A stretch of 64,000 nucleotides of DNA from a virus. Taxonomy: Duplodnaviria > Heunggongvirae > Uroviricota > Caudoviricetes. The first letter of the stretch is position 1. Each line of letters starts with the position of its first letter. Shown here piece after piece: positions 1-14,173 of this stretch. The notes beneath the pieces are model-generated. The model was not told the origin of the DNA and searched no databases. It was given only the letters and a program-made list of their open reading frames with translations. The stretch covers positions 14,440 to 78,439 of the IMG/VR virus record IMGVR_UViG_651053022_000004. One strand, written 5' to 3'. The position numbers and the translations under genes were made by a program.

Positions 1-2
1 TA

Positions 3-308
3 CTTTTTCTGTTATCTGTCCTGGCAGTGGGATGCTCGCAGCAAAAAGCTGATGAGCCCCGGCAATTAGTGACGGTGTATCCACGATATCCGGAATATGC
101 TGCAGCAAATTATATCAAGGGGCTGGTTGAGGTTAAGTTCGATATTGGTGCTGATGGGACTGTGACACGGATCGTTTTTCTCCGCTCAGAGCCTCATAAT
201 TTGTTTCGTGATGAAGTGGTGAAGGCCATGGCGAAATGGCGATTTGAAAAGAATCGCCCCTGTCAGGGAGTGAAGAGACAATTTATCTTTACGCCGTCAC
301 GTCCTTGA
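3..308 (+). CDS. TonB C-terminal-domain lipoprotein, 5' end outside window
   Basis: Frame is open from the window edge; lipobox-like LAVGC precedes the annotated start; YPRYPEYAAANYIKGLVEVKFDIGADGTV...AMAKWRF resembles the TonB_C fold pattern. Confidence 0.45.
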   Translation, partial: LFLLSVLAVGCSQQKADEPRQLVTVYPRYPEYAAANYIKGLVEVKFDIGADGTVTRIVFLRSEPHNLFRDEVVKAMAKWRFEKNRPCQGVKRQFIFTPSRP

Positions 309-1039
309 TGCTTCCAGGTAGAGAGGGGCTGGAAGCAGGAGAAAAATGAAAGAGCCAGCGGTTATATTTTTGTCATGGCTGACGAGGAATGATGGAAGAA
401 GGCGTTGTATGCCACACAACGCCTCACTGTTCATTTCTTCTTTTTCTCTGGTGGAACCCGATGAATAAGAGTTGCACTGGTTTCCGATGAGATGGCGATA
501 TACTCGGGCAAAGTATGCTGGCAGTTTTCCAACTGGTCAAAAATACCTGCTCTCGTCTGTTGCAATGCCTGCAGCATGCGGCGGCAATGCGCCTTGCTTT
601 TACTAACCATCTTTCCTTCCTCTATCAGTCGCTGCGTGAACTCATCATGGAATACCAGGTAAATGCGGATGTTATCGGTTTTGGCTACGCAGCATAGTAC
701 AAAACGGACAGGTGCATCCCGGGACGGGGGAGGCGTCACATGTCCCTGTGATGGTTGTTCCGGGTAATGTACTGTGTGGGGCATAAAAATGTCCGATAAT
801 TTTACTTTCTACCGCAGTTAGTTGATTCGTTGGTCCTGGTAGCACATTGGGCGAGGATTTAAATGCCAGGCAACTGAAGGATGATGTCGCAAGGGAGATA
901 GCGAGAATATTTCTGATTTTCATTTGATGATGCCTCTGTGTGAAATGACGGTAAACGACGCACTTGTGCCGGCACATAATAGCAAGCACCATAATAGATC
1001 AGATTCGATTCTTGCTGTAAGTGATAATTATTCTCGTTT

Positions 1040-1260
1040 TCGGGTCCTTTCCGTCGATCCAACAGGTTACGGGGCGGCGACCTCGCGGGTTTTCGCTATT
1101 TATGAAAATTTTCCGGTTTAAGGCGTTTCCGTTCTTCTTCGCCGTAACTTAATGTTTTTATTTAAAACACTCCCTGAAAAGAAAGGAAACGACAGGTGCT
1201 GAAAACGGGCTTTTTGGCCTCTGTCGTTTCCTTTCTCTGTTTTTGTCCGTGGAATGAACA
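1040..1260. other. cos: cos region; cohesive-end sequence gggcggcgacct at 1072-1083, Nu1-binding side downstream
   Basis: Sequence ...caggttacg|gggcggcgacctcgcgggttttcgctatttatgaaaattttccgg matches the joined right and left ends of phage lambda as recalled; Nu1 starts at 1261. Confidence 0.85.
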
Positions 1261-1780
1261 ATGGAAGTCAACAAAAAGCAGCTGGCTGACATTTTCGGCG
1301 CGAGTATCCGTACTATTCAGAACTGGCAGGAGCAGGGAATGCCCGTTCTGCGAGGCGGTGGGAAGGGTAATGAGGTGCTTTATGACTCTGCCGACGTCAT
1401 AAAATGGTATGCCGAAAGGGATGCTGAAATTGAGAACGAAAAGCTGCGCCGGGAGGTTGAAGAACTGCGACAGGCCAGCGAGACAGATCTCCAGCCAGGG
1501 ACTATTGAGTACGAACGCCATCGACTTACGCGTGCGCAGGCCGACGCACAGGAGCTGAAAAATGCCAGAGACTCCGCTGAAGTGGTGGAAACCGCATTCT
1601 GTACTTTCGTGCTGTCGCGGATCGCAGGTGAAATTGCCAGTATTCTCGACGGGATCCCCCTGTCGGTGCAGCGGCGTTTTCCGGAACTGGAAAACCGACA
1701 TGTTGATTTCCTGAAACGGGATATCATCAAAGCCATGAACAAAGCAGCCGCGCTGGATGAACTGATACCGGGGTTGCTGA

Positions 1781-1806
<26 letters not shown>
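1261..1806 (+). CDS. nu1: terminase small subunit
   Basis: 181 aa; MEVNKKQLADIFGASIRTIQNWQEQGMPV... matches lambda gpNu1 almost residue for residue; first gene after cos. Confidence 0.97.
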
Positions 1807-5487
<3,681 letters not shown>

Positions 5488-5507
<20 letters not shown>

Positions 5508-6807
5508 TCTCCCGCATATTGCCAGTATGGCCTTTAATGAGCCGCTGATGCTTGAACCCGCCTATGCGCGGGTTTTCTTTTGTGCGCTTGCAGGCCAGCT
5601 TGGGATCAGCCGCCTGACGGATGCGGTATCCGGCGACAGCCTGACTGCCGGAGAGGCACCCGCGGCGCTGGCGTTATCCGTTGATGATGACGGACCACGA
5701 CAGGCCCGCAGTTATCAGGTCATGAACGGCATCGCCGTGCTGCCGGTGTCCGGCACGCTGGTCAGTCGGACGCGAGCGCTGCAGCCGTATTCGGGGATGA
5801 CCGGTTACAACGGCATTATCGCCCGTCTGCAACAGGCTGCCAGCGACCCGATGGTGGACGGCATTCTGCTCGATATGGATACGCCAGGCGGGATGGTGGC
5901 AGGGGCATTTGACTGCGCTGACATCATCGCCCGTGTGCGTGACATAAAGCCGGTATGGGCGCTGGCCAACGACATGAACTGCAGTGCAGGTCAGTTGCTT
6001 GCCAGCGCCGCCTCCCGACGTCTGGTCACGCAGACCGCCCGGACAGGCTCCATCGGCGTCATGATGGCTCACAGTAATTACGGTGCTGCGCTGGAGAAAC
6101 AGGGCGTGGAAATCACGCTGATTTACAGCGGCAGCCATAAGGTGGATGGCAACCCCTACAGCCATCTACCGGATGATGTCCGGGAAACACTGCAGTCCCG
6201 GATGGATGCAACCCGCCGGATGTTTGCACAGAAGGTGTCGGCATATACCGGCCTGTCCGTGCAGGCTGTGCTGGATACCGAGGCTGCAGTGTACAGCGGT
6301 CAGGAGGCCATTGATGCCGGACTGGCTGATGAACTTGTTAACAGTACCGATGCGATCACCGTCATGCGTGATGCACTGGATGCACGTAAATCCCGTCTCT
6401 CAGGAGGGCGAATGACCAAAGAGACTCAATCAACAACTGTTTCAGCCACTGCTTCGCAGGCTGACGTTACTGGCGTGGTGCCAGCGACGGAGGGCGAGAA
6501 CGCCAGCGCTGCGCAGCCGGACGTGAACGCGCAGATCACCGCAGCGGTTGCGGCAGAAAACAGTCGCATTATGGGGATCCTCAACTGTGAGGAAGCTCAC
6601 GGACGCGAAGAACAGGCACGCGTGCTGGCCGAAACCCCTGGTATGACCGTGGAAACGGCCCGCCGCATTCTGGCAGTTGCACCACAGAGTGCACAGGCGC
6701 GCAGTGACACTGCGCTGGATCGTCTGATGCAGGGGGCACCGGCACCGCTGGCTGCAGGTAACCTGGCATCTGATGCCGTTAACGATTTGCTGAACACACC
6801 AGTGTAA
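5488..6807 (+). CDS. C: head protease / scaffold protein C
   Basis: GTG start at 5488 gives 439 aa beginning (M)TAELRNLPHIASMAFNEPLM as in lambda gpC; the upstream extension in the ORF track overlaps B and is not used. Confidence 0.9.
6412..6807 (+). CDS. nu3: scaffolding protein Nu3, in-frame internal start within C
   Basis: ATG at 6412 is in the C frame and gives 131 aa MTKETQSTTVSATASQ..., the lambda Nu3 arrangement. Confidence 0.8.
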   Translation: MTKETQSTTVSATASQADVTGVVPATEGENASAAQPDVNAQITAAVAAENSRIMGILNCEEAHGREEQARVLAETPGMTVETARRILAVAPQSAQARSDTALDRLMQGAPAPLAAGNLASDAVNDLLNTPV

Positions 6808-6816
6808 GGGATGTTT

Positions 6817-7149
6817 ATGACGAGCAAAGAAACCTTTACCCATTCCCAGCCGCTGGGCAACAGTGACCCGGCTCATACCGCAACCGCGCCCGGCGGATTG
6901 AGTGCGAAAGCGCCTGCAATGACCCCGCTGATGCTGGACACCCCCAGCCGTAAGCTGGTTGCGTGGGATGGCACCACCGACGGTGCTGCCGTTGGCATTC
7001 TTGCGGTTGCTGCTGACCAGACCAGCACCACGCTGACGTTCTACAAGTCCGGCACGTTCCGTTATGAGGATGTGCTCTGGCCGGAGGCTGCCAGCGACGA
7101 GACGAAAAAACGGACCGCGTTTGCCGGAACGGCAATCAGCATCGTTTAA
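6817..7149 (+). CDS. D: head decoration protein D
   Basis: 110 aa from ATG 6817 (MTSKETFTH...), RBS AAGGG 6 nt upstream; matches lambda gpD. Confidence 0.93.
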   Translation: MTSKETFTHSQPLGNSDPAHTATAPGGLSAKAPAMTPLMLDTPSRKLVAWDGTTDGAAVGILAVAADQTSTTLTFYKSGTFRYEDVLWPEAASDETKKRTAFAGTAISIV

Positions 7150-7170
7150 CTTTACCCTTCATCACTAAAG

Positions 7171-7191
7171 GCCGCCTGTGCGGCTTTTTTT
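7171..7191 (+). terminator. stem-loop gccgc-ctgt-gcggc followed by T7 between D and E
   Basis: Perfect 5-bp stem, 4-nt loop and T-run read directly from the sequence. Confidence 0.5.
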
Positions 7192-7204
7192 ACGGGATTT
7201 TTTT

Positions 7205-8230
7205 ATGTCGATGTACACAACCGCCCAGCTGCTGGCGGCAAATGAGCAGAAATTTAAGTTTGATCCGCTGTTTCTGCGTCTCTTTTTCCGTGAGAGCTAT
7301 CCCTTCACCACGGAGAAAGTCTATCTCTCACAAATTCCGGGACTGGTAAACATGGCGCTGTACGTTTCGCCGATTGTTTCCGGTGAGGTTATCCGTTCCC
7401 GTGGCGGCTCCACCTCTGAATTTACGCCGGGATATGTCAAGCCGAAGCATGAAGTGAATCCGCAGATGACCCTGCGTCGCCTGCCGGATGAAGATCCGCA
7501 GAATCTGGTGGACCCGGCTTACCGCCGCCGTCGCATCATCATGCAGAACATGCGTGACGAAGAGCTGGCCATTGCTCAGGTCGAAGAGATGCAGGCAGTT
7601 TCTGCCGTGCTTAAGGGCAAATACACCATGACCGGTGAAGCCTTCGATCCGGTTGAGGTGGATATGGGCCGCAGTGAGGAGAATAACATCACGCAGTCCG
7701 GCGGCACGGAGTGGAGCAAGCGTGACAAGTCCACGTATGACCCGACCGACGATATCGAAGCCTACGCGCTGAACGCCAGCGGTGTGGTGAATATCATCGT
7801 GTTCGATCCGAAAGGCTGGGCGCTGTTCCGTTCCTTCAAAGCCGTCAAGGAGAAGCTGGATACCCGTCGTGGTTCTAATTCCGAGCTGGAGACAGCGGTG
7901 AAAGACCTGGGTAAAGCGGTGTCCTATAAGGGGATGTATGGCGATGTGGCCATCGTCGTGTATTCCGGACAGTACGTGGAAAACGGCGTCAAAAAGAACT
8001 TCCTGCCGGACAACACGATGGTGCTGGGGAACACTCAGGCACGCGGTCTGCGCACCTATGGCTGCATTCAGGATGCGGACGCACAGCTCGAAGGCATTAA
8101 CGCCTCTGCCCGTTACCCGAAAAACTGGGTGACCACCGGCGATCCGGCGCGTGAGTTCACCATGATTCAGTCAGCACCGCTGATGCTGCTGGCTGACCCT
8201 GATGAGTTCGTGTCCGTACAACTGGCGTAA
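7205..8230 (+). CDS. E: major capsid protein E
   Basis: 341 aa from ATG 7205, MSMYTTAQLLAANEQKFKFDPLFLRLFF matches lambda gpE. Confidence 0.97.
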   Translation: MSMYTTAQLLAANEQKFKFDPLFLRLFFRESYPFTTEKVYLSQIPGLVNMALYVSPIVSGEVIRSRGGSTSEFTPGYVKPKHEVNPQMTLRRLPDEDPQNLVDPAYRRRRIIMQNMRDEELAIAQVEEMQAVSAVLKGKYTMTGEAFDPVEVDMGRSEENNITQSGGTEWSKRDKSTYDPTDDIEAYALNASGVVNIIVFDPKGWALFRSFKAVKEKLDTRRGSNSELETAVKDLGKAVSYKGMYGDVAIVVYSGQYVENGVKKNFLPDNTMVLGNTQARGLRTYGCIQDADAQLEGINASARYPKNWVTTGDPAREFTMIQSAPLMLLADPDEFVSVQLA

Positions 8231-8271
8231 TCATGGCCCTTCGGGGCCATTGTTTCTCTGTGGAGGAGTCC

Positions 8272-8670
8272 ATGACGAAAGATGAACTGATTGCCCGTCT
8301 CCGCTCGCTGGGTGAACAACTGAACCGTGATGTCAGCCTGACGGGGACGAAAGAAGAACTGGCGCTCCGTGTGGCAGAGCTGGAAGAGGAGCTTGATGAC
8401 ACGGATGAAACTGCCGGTCAGGACACCCCTCTCAGCCGGGAAAATGTGCTGACCGGACATGAAAATGAGGTGGGATCAGCGCAGCCGGATACCGTGATTC
8501 TGGATACGTCTGAACTGGTCACGGTCGTGGCACTGGTGACGCTGCATACTGATGCACTTCACGCCACGCGGGATGAACCTGTGGCATTTGTGCTTCCGGG
8601 AACGGCGTTCCGTGTCTCTGCCGGTGTGGCAGCCGAAATGACAGAACGTGGCCTGGCCAGAATGCAATAA
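8272..8670 (+). CDS. FI: DNA packaging protein FI
   Basis: 132 aa from ATG 8272, MTKDELIARLRSLGEQLNRDVSL matches lambda gpFI. Confidence 0.93.
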   Translation: MTKDELIARLRSLGEQLNRDVSLTGTKEELALRVAELEEELDDTDETAGQDTPLSRENVLTGHENEVGSAQPDTVILDTSELVTVVALVTLHTDALHATRDEPVAFVLPGTAFRVSAGVAAEMTERGLARMQ

Positions 8671-8681
8671 CGGGAGGCGCT

Positions 8682-9035
8682 GTGGCTGATTTCGATAACC
8701 TGTTCGATGCTGCCATTGTCCGCGCCGATGAAACGATACGCGGGTACATGGGAACGTCAGCCACCATGACATCCGGTGAGCAGTCCGGCGCAGTAATACG
8801 TGGTGTTTTTGATGACCCTGAAAATATCAGCTATGCCGGACAGGGCGTGCGCGTTGAAGGCTCCAGCCCGTCCCTGTTTGTCCGGACTGATGATGTGCGG
8901 CAGCTGCGGCGCGGCGACACGCTGACCATCGGTGAGGAAAACTTCTGGATAGACCGGATTTCGACGGATGATGGCGGAAGCTGTCATCTCTGGCTTGGGC
9001 GTGGCGTGCCGCCTGCCGTTAACCGTCGTCGCTGA
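8682..9035 (+). CDS. FII: head-tail connector FII
   Basis: 117 aa, GTG start, MADFDNLFDAAI...; lambda gpFII. Confidence 0.94.
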   Translation: MADFDNLFDAAIVRADETIRGYMGTSATMTSGEQSGAVIRGVFDDPENISYAGQGVRVEGSSPSLFVRTDDVRQLRRGDTLTIGEENFWIDRISTDDGGSCHLWLGRGVPPAVNRRR

Positions 9036-9046
9036 AGGGGGGATGT

Positions 9047-9625
9047 ATGGCCATAAAAGGTCTTGAGCAGGCCGTTGAAAACCTCAGCCGTATCAGCAGA
9101 ACGGCGGTGCCCGGTGCCGCCGCAATGGCCATTAACCGCGTTGCTTCATCCGCGATATCGCAGTCGGCGTCACAGGTTGCCCGTGAGACAAAGGTACGCC
9201 GGAAACTGGTAAAGGAAAGGGCCAGGCTGAAAAGGGCCACGGTCAAAAATCCGCAGGCCAGAATCAAGGTTAACCGGGGGGATTTGCCCGTAATCAGGCT
9301 GGGTAACGCGCGGGTTGTCCTGTCCCGACGCAGGCGTCGTAAAAAGGGGCAGCGTTCATCCCTGAAAGGTGGCGACAGCGTGCTTGTGGTGGGAAACCGT
9401 CGTATTCCCGGCGCGTTTATTCAGCAACTGAAAAATGGCCGATGGCATGTCATGCAGCGTGTGGCCGGGAAAAACCGTTACCCCATTGATGTGGTGAAAA
9501 TCCCGATGGCAGTGCCGCTGACCACGGCGTTTAAACAGAATATTGAGCGGATACGGCGTGAACGTCTTCCGAAAGAGCTGGGCTATGCGCTGCAGCATCA
9601 ACTGAGGATGGTAATAAAGCGATGA
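9047..9625 (+). CDS. Z: tail terminator / minor tail protein Z
   Basis: 192 aa, MAIKGLEQAVENLSRIS...; lambda gpZ. Confidence 0.95.
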   Translation: MAIKGLEQAVENLSRISRTAVPGAAAMAINRVASSAISQSASQVARETKVRRKLVKERARLKRATVKNPQARIKVNRGDLPVIRLGNARVVLSRRRRRKKGQRSSLKGGDSVLVVGNRRIPGAFIQQLKNGRWHVMQRVAGKNRYPIDVVKIPMAVPLTTAFKQNIERIRRERLPKELGYALQHQLRMVIKR

Positions 9626-10017
9626 AACATACAGAACTCCGTGCAGCCGTACTGGATGCACTGGAAAAACATGACACCGGGGCGACGCTTTTTGATGGTC
9701 GCCCCGCTGTTTTTGATGAGGAGGATTTTCCGGCAGTTGCCGTTTATCTCACCGGCGCTGAATACACGGGCGAAGAGCTGGACAGCGATACCTGGCAGGC
9801 GGAGCTGCATATTGAAGTTTTCCTGCCTGCTCAGGTGCCGGATTCAGAGCTGGATTCGTGGATGGAGTCCCGGATTTATCCGGTGATGAGCGATGTCCCG
9901 GCACTGTCAGATTTGATCACCAGTATGGTGGCCAGTGGCTATGACTACCGGCGCGACGATGATGCGGGCCTGTGGAGTTCAGCCGATCTGACTTATGTCA
10001 TTACCTATGAAATGTGA
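9622..10017 (+). CDS. U: tail tube terminator U
   Basis: 131 aa, [22 protein letters not shown]...; lambda gpU. Confidence 0.95.
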   Translation: MKHTELRAAVLDALEKHDTGATLFDGRPAVFDEEDFPAVAVYLTGAEYTGEELDSDTWQAELHIEVFLPAQVPDSELDSWMESRIYPVMSDVPALSDLITSMVASGYDYRRDDDAGLWSSADLTYVITYEM

Positions 10018-10024
10018 GGACGAT

Positions 10025-10765
10025 ATGCCTGTACCAAATCCAGTAATGCCGGTGAAAGGGGCCGGGACCACCCTGTGGGTTTATAAGGGGAACGGTGACC
10101 CTTATGCGAACCCGCTTTCAGACGTTGACTGGTCGCGTCTGGCTAAAGTTAAAGACCTGACGCCCGGCGAACTGAGCGCTGAGTCCTATGACGACAGCTA
10201 TCTCGATGATGAAGATGCGGACTGGACTGCGACCGGGCAGGGGCAGAAATCTGCCGGAGATACCAGCTTCACGCTGGCGTGGATGCCCGGAGAGCAGGGG
10301 CAGCAGGCGCTGCTGGCGTGGTTTAATGAAGGGGATACCCGTGCCTATAAAATCCGCTTCCCGAACGGCACGGTCGATGTGTTCCGCGGCTGGGTCAGCA
10401 GTATCGGTAAGGCGGTGACGGCGAAGGAAGTGATCACCCGCACGGTGAAAGTCACCAACGTGGGACGTCCGTCGATGGCAGAAGATCGCAGCACGGTGAC
10501 GGCGACAACCGGCATGACGGTGACACCCGCCAGTGCTTCCGTAGTGAAAGGGCAGAGCACTACGCTGACCGTGGCATTCCAGCCGGAGGGCGCAACCGAC
10601 AAGAGCTTCCGTGCGGTGTCTGCGGATAAAACAAAAGCCACCGTGTCGGTCAGCGGTATGACCATCACCGTGAACGGCGTTGCTGCAGGCAAGGTCAACA
10701 TTCCGGTTGTATCCGGTAATGGTGAGTTTGCTGCGGTTGCAGAAATCACCGTCACCGCCAGTTAA
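10025..10765 (+). CDS. V: major tail protein V
   Basis: 246 aa from ATG 10025, [22 protein letters not shown]...; lambda gpV including the C-terminal Ig-like region. Confidence 0.95.
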   Translation: MPVPNPVMPVKGAGTTLWVYKGNGDPYANPLSDVDWSRLAKVKDLTPGELSAESYDDSYLDDEDADWTATGQGQKSAGDTSFTLAWMPGEQGQQALLAWFNEGDTRAYKIRFPNGTVDVFRGWVSSIGKAVTAKEVITRTVKVTNVGRPSMAEDRSTVTATTGMTVTPASASVVKGQSTTLTVAFQPEGATDKSFRAVSADKTKATVSVSGMTITVNGVAAGKVNIPVVSGNGEFAAVAEITVTAS

Positions 10766-10780
10766 TCCGGAGAGTCAGCG

Positions 10781-11203
10781 ATGTTCCTGAAAACCGAATC
10801 ATTTGAATATAACGGCGTGACCGTCACGCTTTCTGAACTGTCAGCCCTGCAGCGTATTGAGCATCTTGCCCTGATGAAACGGCAGGCAGAACCGGCGGGA
10901 TCCGACAGCAACCGGCAGGTTACTGTGGAAGACGTCATCAGAACCGGCGCGTTTCTGGTGGCGATGTCCCTGTGGCATAACCATCCGAAGAAGACGCAGA
11001 TGCCGTCCATGAATGAAGCCGTTAAACAGATTGAGCAGGAAGTGCTTACCACCTGGCCCACAGAGGCAATTTCTCATGCTGAAAACGTGGTGTACCGGCT
11101 GTCCGGTATGTATGAGTTTGTGGTGAATAATGCCCCCGAACAGGCAGAGGACGCCGGGCCTGCAGAGCCTGTTTCTGCGGGAAAGTGTTCGACGGTGAGC
11201 TGA
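10781..11203 (+). CDS. G: tail assembly chaperone G
   Basis: 140 aa, MFLKTESFEYNGVTVTLSELSALQRIEHL...; lambda gpG. Confidence 0.95.
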   Translation: MFLKTESFEYNGVTVTLSELSALQRIEHLALMKRQAEPAGSDSNRQVTVEDVIRTGAFLVAMSLWHNHPKKTQMPSMNEAVKQIEQEVLTTWPTEAISHAENVVYRLSGMYEFVVNNAPEQAEDAGPAEPVSAGKCSTVS

Positions 11204-11619
11204 GTTTTGCCCTGAAACTGGCGCGTGAGATGGGGCGACCCGACTGGCGTGCCATGCTTGCCGGGATGTCATCCACGGAGTATGCCGACTGGCACCGCTT
11301 TTACAGTACCCATTATTTTCATGATGTTCTGCTGGATATGCACTTTTCCGGGCTGACGTACACCGTGCTCAGCCTGTTTTTCAGCGATCCGGATATGCAT
11401 CCGCTGGATTTCAGTCTGCTGAACCGGCGCGAGGCTGACGAAGAGCCTGAAGATGATGTGCTGATGCAGAAAGCGGCAGGGCTTGCCGGAGGTGTCCGCT
11501 TTGGCCCGGACGGGAATGAAGTTATCCCCGCTTCCCCGGATGTGGCGGACATGACGGAGGATGACGTAATGCTGATGACAGTATCAGAAGGGATCGCAGG
11601 AGGAGTCCGGTATGGCTGA
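11185..11619 (+). CDS. T: tail assembly protein T segment, expressed as a G-T fusion by -1 frameshift
   Basis: Slippery heptamer GGGAAAG at 11179-11185 near the 3' end of G; the -1 frame continues ...LSFALKLAREMGRPDWRAMLAGMSSTEYADWHRFY as in lambda gpGT. Confidence 0.88.
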   Translation: MFDGELSFALKLAREMGRPDWRAMLAGMSSTEYADWHRFYSTHYFHDVLLDMHFSGLTYTVLSLFFSDPDMHPLDFSLLNRREADEEPEDDVLMQKAAGLAGGVRFGPDGNEVIPASPDVADMTEDDVMLMTVSEGIAGGVRYG

Positions 11620-14173
11620 ACCGGTAGGCGATCTGGTCGTTGATTTGAGTCTGGATGCGGCCAGATTTGACGAGCAGATGGCCAGAGTCAGGCGTCATTT
11701 TTCCGGTACGGAAAGTGATGCGAAAAAAACAGCGGCAGTCGTTGAACAGTCGCTGAGCCGACAGGCGCTGGCTGCACAGAAAGCGGGGATTTCCGTCGGG
11801 CAGTATAAAGCCGCCATGCGTATGCTGCCTGCACAGTTCACCGACGTGGCCACGCAGCTTGCAGGCGGGCAAAGTCCGTGGCTGATCCTGCTGCAACAGG
11901 GGGGGCAGGTGAAGGACTCCTTCGGCGGGATGATCCCCATGTTCAGGGGGCTTGCCGGTGCGATCACCCTGCCGATGGTGGGGGCCACCTCGCTGGCGGT
12001 GGCGACCGGTGCGCTGGCGTATGCCTGGTATCAGGGCAACTCAACCCTGTCCGATTTCAACAAAACGCTGGTCCTTTCCGGCAATCAGGCGGGTCTGACG
12101 GCAGATCGTATGCTGGTCCTGTCCAGAGCCGGGCAGGCGGCAGGGCTGACGTTTAACCAGACCAGCGAGTCACTCAGCGCACTGGTTAAGGCGGGGGTAA
12201 GCGGTGAGGCTCAGATTGCGTCCATCAGCCAGAGTGTGGCGCGTTTCTCCTCTGCATCCGGCGTGGAGGTGGACAAGGTCGCTGAAGCCTTCGGGAAGCT
12301 GACCACAGACCCGACGTCGGGGCTGACGGCGATGGCACGCCAGTTCCATAACGTGACGGCGGAGCAGATTGCGTATGTTGCTCAGTTGCAGCGTTCCGGC
12401 GATGAAGCCGGGGCATTGCAGGCGGCGAACGAGGCCGCAACGAAAGGGTTTGATGACCAGACCCGCCGCCTGAAAGAGAACATGGGCACGCTGGAGACCT
12501 GGGCAGACAGGACTGCGCGGGCATTCAAATCCATGTGGGATGCGGTGCTGGATATTGGTCGTCCTGATACCGCGCAGGAGATGCTGATTAAGGCAGAGGC
12601 TGCGTTTAAGAAAGCAGACGACATCTGGAATCTGCGCAAGGATGATTATTTTGTTAACGATGAAGCGCGGGCGCGTTACTGGGATGATCGTGAAAAGGCC
12701 CGTCTTGCGCTTGAAGCCGCCCGAAAGAAGGCTGAACAGCAGAGTCAACAGGACAAAAATGCGCAGCAGCAGAGCGATACCGAAGCGTCACGGCTGAAAT
12801 ATACCGAAGAGGCGCAGAAGGCTTACGAACGGCTGCAGACGCCGCTGGAGAAATATGCCGCCCGTCAGGAAGAACTGAATAAGGCCCTGAAAGACGGAAA
12901 AATCCTGCAGGCAGATTACAACACGCTGATGGCGGCAGCGAAAAAGGACTATGAAACGACACTGAAAAAGCCGAAGCAGTCCGGCGTGAAGGTGTCTGCG
13001 GGCGATCGTCAGGAAGACAGTGCTCATGCTGCCCTGCTGACGCTTCAGGCTGAACTCCGGACGCTGGAGAAGCATGCCGGAGCAAATGAGAAAATCAGCC
13101 AGCAGCGCCGGGATTTGTGGAAGGCGGAGAGTCAGTTCGCGGTACTGGAGGAGGCGGCGCAACGTCGCCAGCTGTCTGTACAGGAGAAATCCCTGCTGGC
13201 GCATAAAGATGAGACGCTGGAGTACAAACGCCAGCTGGCTGCACTTGGCGACAAGGTTACGTATCAGGAGCGCCTGAACGCGCTGGCGCAGCAGGCGGAT
13301 AAATTCGCACAGCAGCAACGGGCAAAACGGGCCGCCATTGATGCGAAAAGCCGGGGGCTGACTGACCGGCAGGCAGAACGGGAAGCCACGGAACAGCGCC
13401 TGAAGGAACAGTATGGCGATAATCCGCTGGCGCTGAATAACGTCATGTCAGAGCAGAAAAAGACCTGGGCGGCTGAAGACCAGCTTCGCGGGAACTGGAT
13501 GGCAGGCCTGAAGTCCGGCTGGAGTGAGTGGGAAGAGAGCGCCACGGACAGTATGTCGCAGGTAAAAAGTGCAGCCACGCAGACCTTTGATGGTATTGCA
13601 CAGAATATGGCGGCGATGCTGACCGGCAGTGAGCAGAACTGGCGCAGCTTCACCCGTTCCGTGCTGTCCATGATGACAGAAATTCTGCTTAAGCAGGCAA
13701 TGGTGGGGATTGTCGGGAGTATCGGCAGCGCCATTGGCGGGGCTGTTGGTGGCGGCGCATCCGCGTCAGGCGGTACAGCCATTCAGGCCGCTGCGGCGAA
13801 ATTCCATTTTGCAACCGGAGGATTTACGGGAACCGGCGGCAAATATGAGCCAGCGGGGATTGTTCACCGTGGTGAGTTTGTCTTCACGAAGGAGGCAACC
13901 AGCCGGATTGGCGTGGGGAATCTTTACCGGCTGATGCGCGGCTATGCCACCGGCGGTTATGTCGGTACACCGGGCAGCATGGCAGACAGCCGGTCGCAGG
14001 CGTCCGGGACGTTTGAGCAGAATAACCATGTGGTGATTAACAACGACGGCACGAACGGGCAGATAGGTCCGGCTGCTCTGAAGGCGGTGTATGACATGGC
14101 CCGCAAGGGTGCCCGTGATGAAATTCAGACACAGATGCGTGATGGTGGCCTGTTCTCCGGAGGTGGACGATGA
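11612..14173 (+). CDS. H: tail tape measure protein H
   Basis: 853 aa, same length and start (MAEPVGDLVVDLSLDAARFDEQMARV) as lambda gpH. Confidence 0.97.
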   Translation: MAEPVGDLVVDLSLDAARFDEQMARVRRHFSGTESDAKKTAAVVEQSLSRQALAAQKAGISVGQYKAAMRMLPAQFTDVATQLAGGQSPWLILLQQGGQVKDSFGGMIPMFRGLAGAITLPMVGATSLAVATGALAYAWYQGNSTLSDFNKTLVLSGNQAGLTADRMLVLSRAGQAAGLTFNQTSESLSALVKAGVSGEAQIASISQSVARFSSASGVEVDKVAEAFGKLTTDPTSGLTAMARQFHNVTAEQIAYVAQLQRSGDEAGALQAANEAATKGFDDQTRRLKENMGTLETWADRTARAFKSMWDAVLDIGRPDTAQEMLIKAEAAFKKADDIWNLRKDDYFVNDEARARYWDDREKARLALEAARKKAEQQSQQDKNAQQQSDTEASRLKYTEEAQKAYERLQTPLEKYAARQEELNKALKDGKILQADYNTLMAAAKKDYETTLKKPKQSGVKVSAGDRQEDSAHAALLTLQAELRTLEKHAGANEKISQQRRDLWKAESQFAVLEEAAQRRQLSVQEKSLLAHKDETLEYKRQLAALGDKVTYQERLNALAQQADKFAQQQRAKRAAIDAKSRGLTDRQAEREATEQRLKEQYGDNPLALNNVMSEQKKTWAAEDQLRGNWMAGLKSGWSEWEESATDSMSQVKSAATQTFDGIAQNMAAMLTGSEQNWRSFTRSVLSMMTEILLKQAMVGIVGSIGSAIGGAVGGGASASGGTAIQAAAAKFHFATGGFTGTGGKYEPAGIVHRGEFVFTKEATSRIGVGNLYRLMRGYATGGYVGTPGSMADSRSQASGTFEQNNHVVINNDGTNGQIGPAALKAVYDMARKGARDEIQTQMRDGGLFSGGGR

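Noticed and set aside
431-992. Two overlapping minus-strand ORFs upstream of cos (431..784 and 672..923, the latter with a signal-peptide-like N-terminus MKIRNILAISLATSSFSCLA)
   Set aside because: They overlap each other in different frames and neither has recognisable family features; not called, though one of them may be a real moron gene.
1162-1701. Long antisense ORFs overlapping nu1, A, B, H, TMP and J (for example 1162..1701, 1841..2608, 12788..13318, 31368..32075, 56421..58025)
   Set aside because: They lie opposite or out of frame to well-supported structural genes and are typical spurious frames in GC-rich coding DNA.
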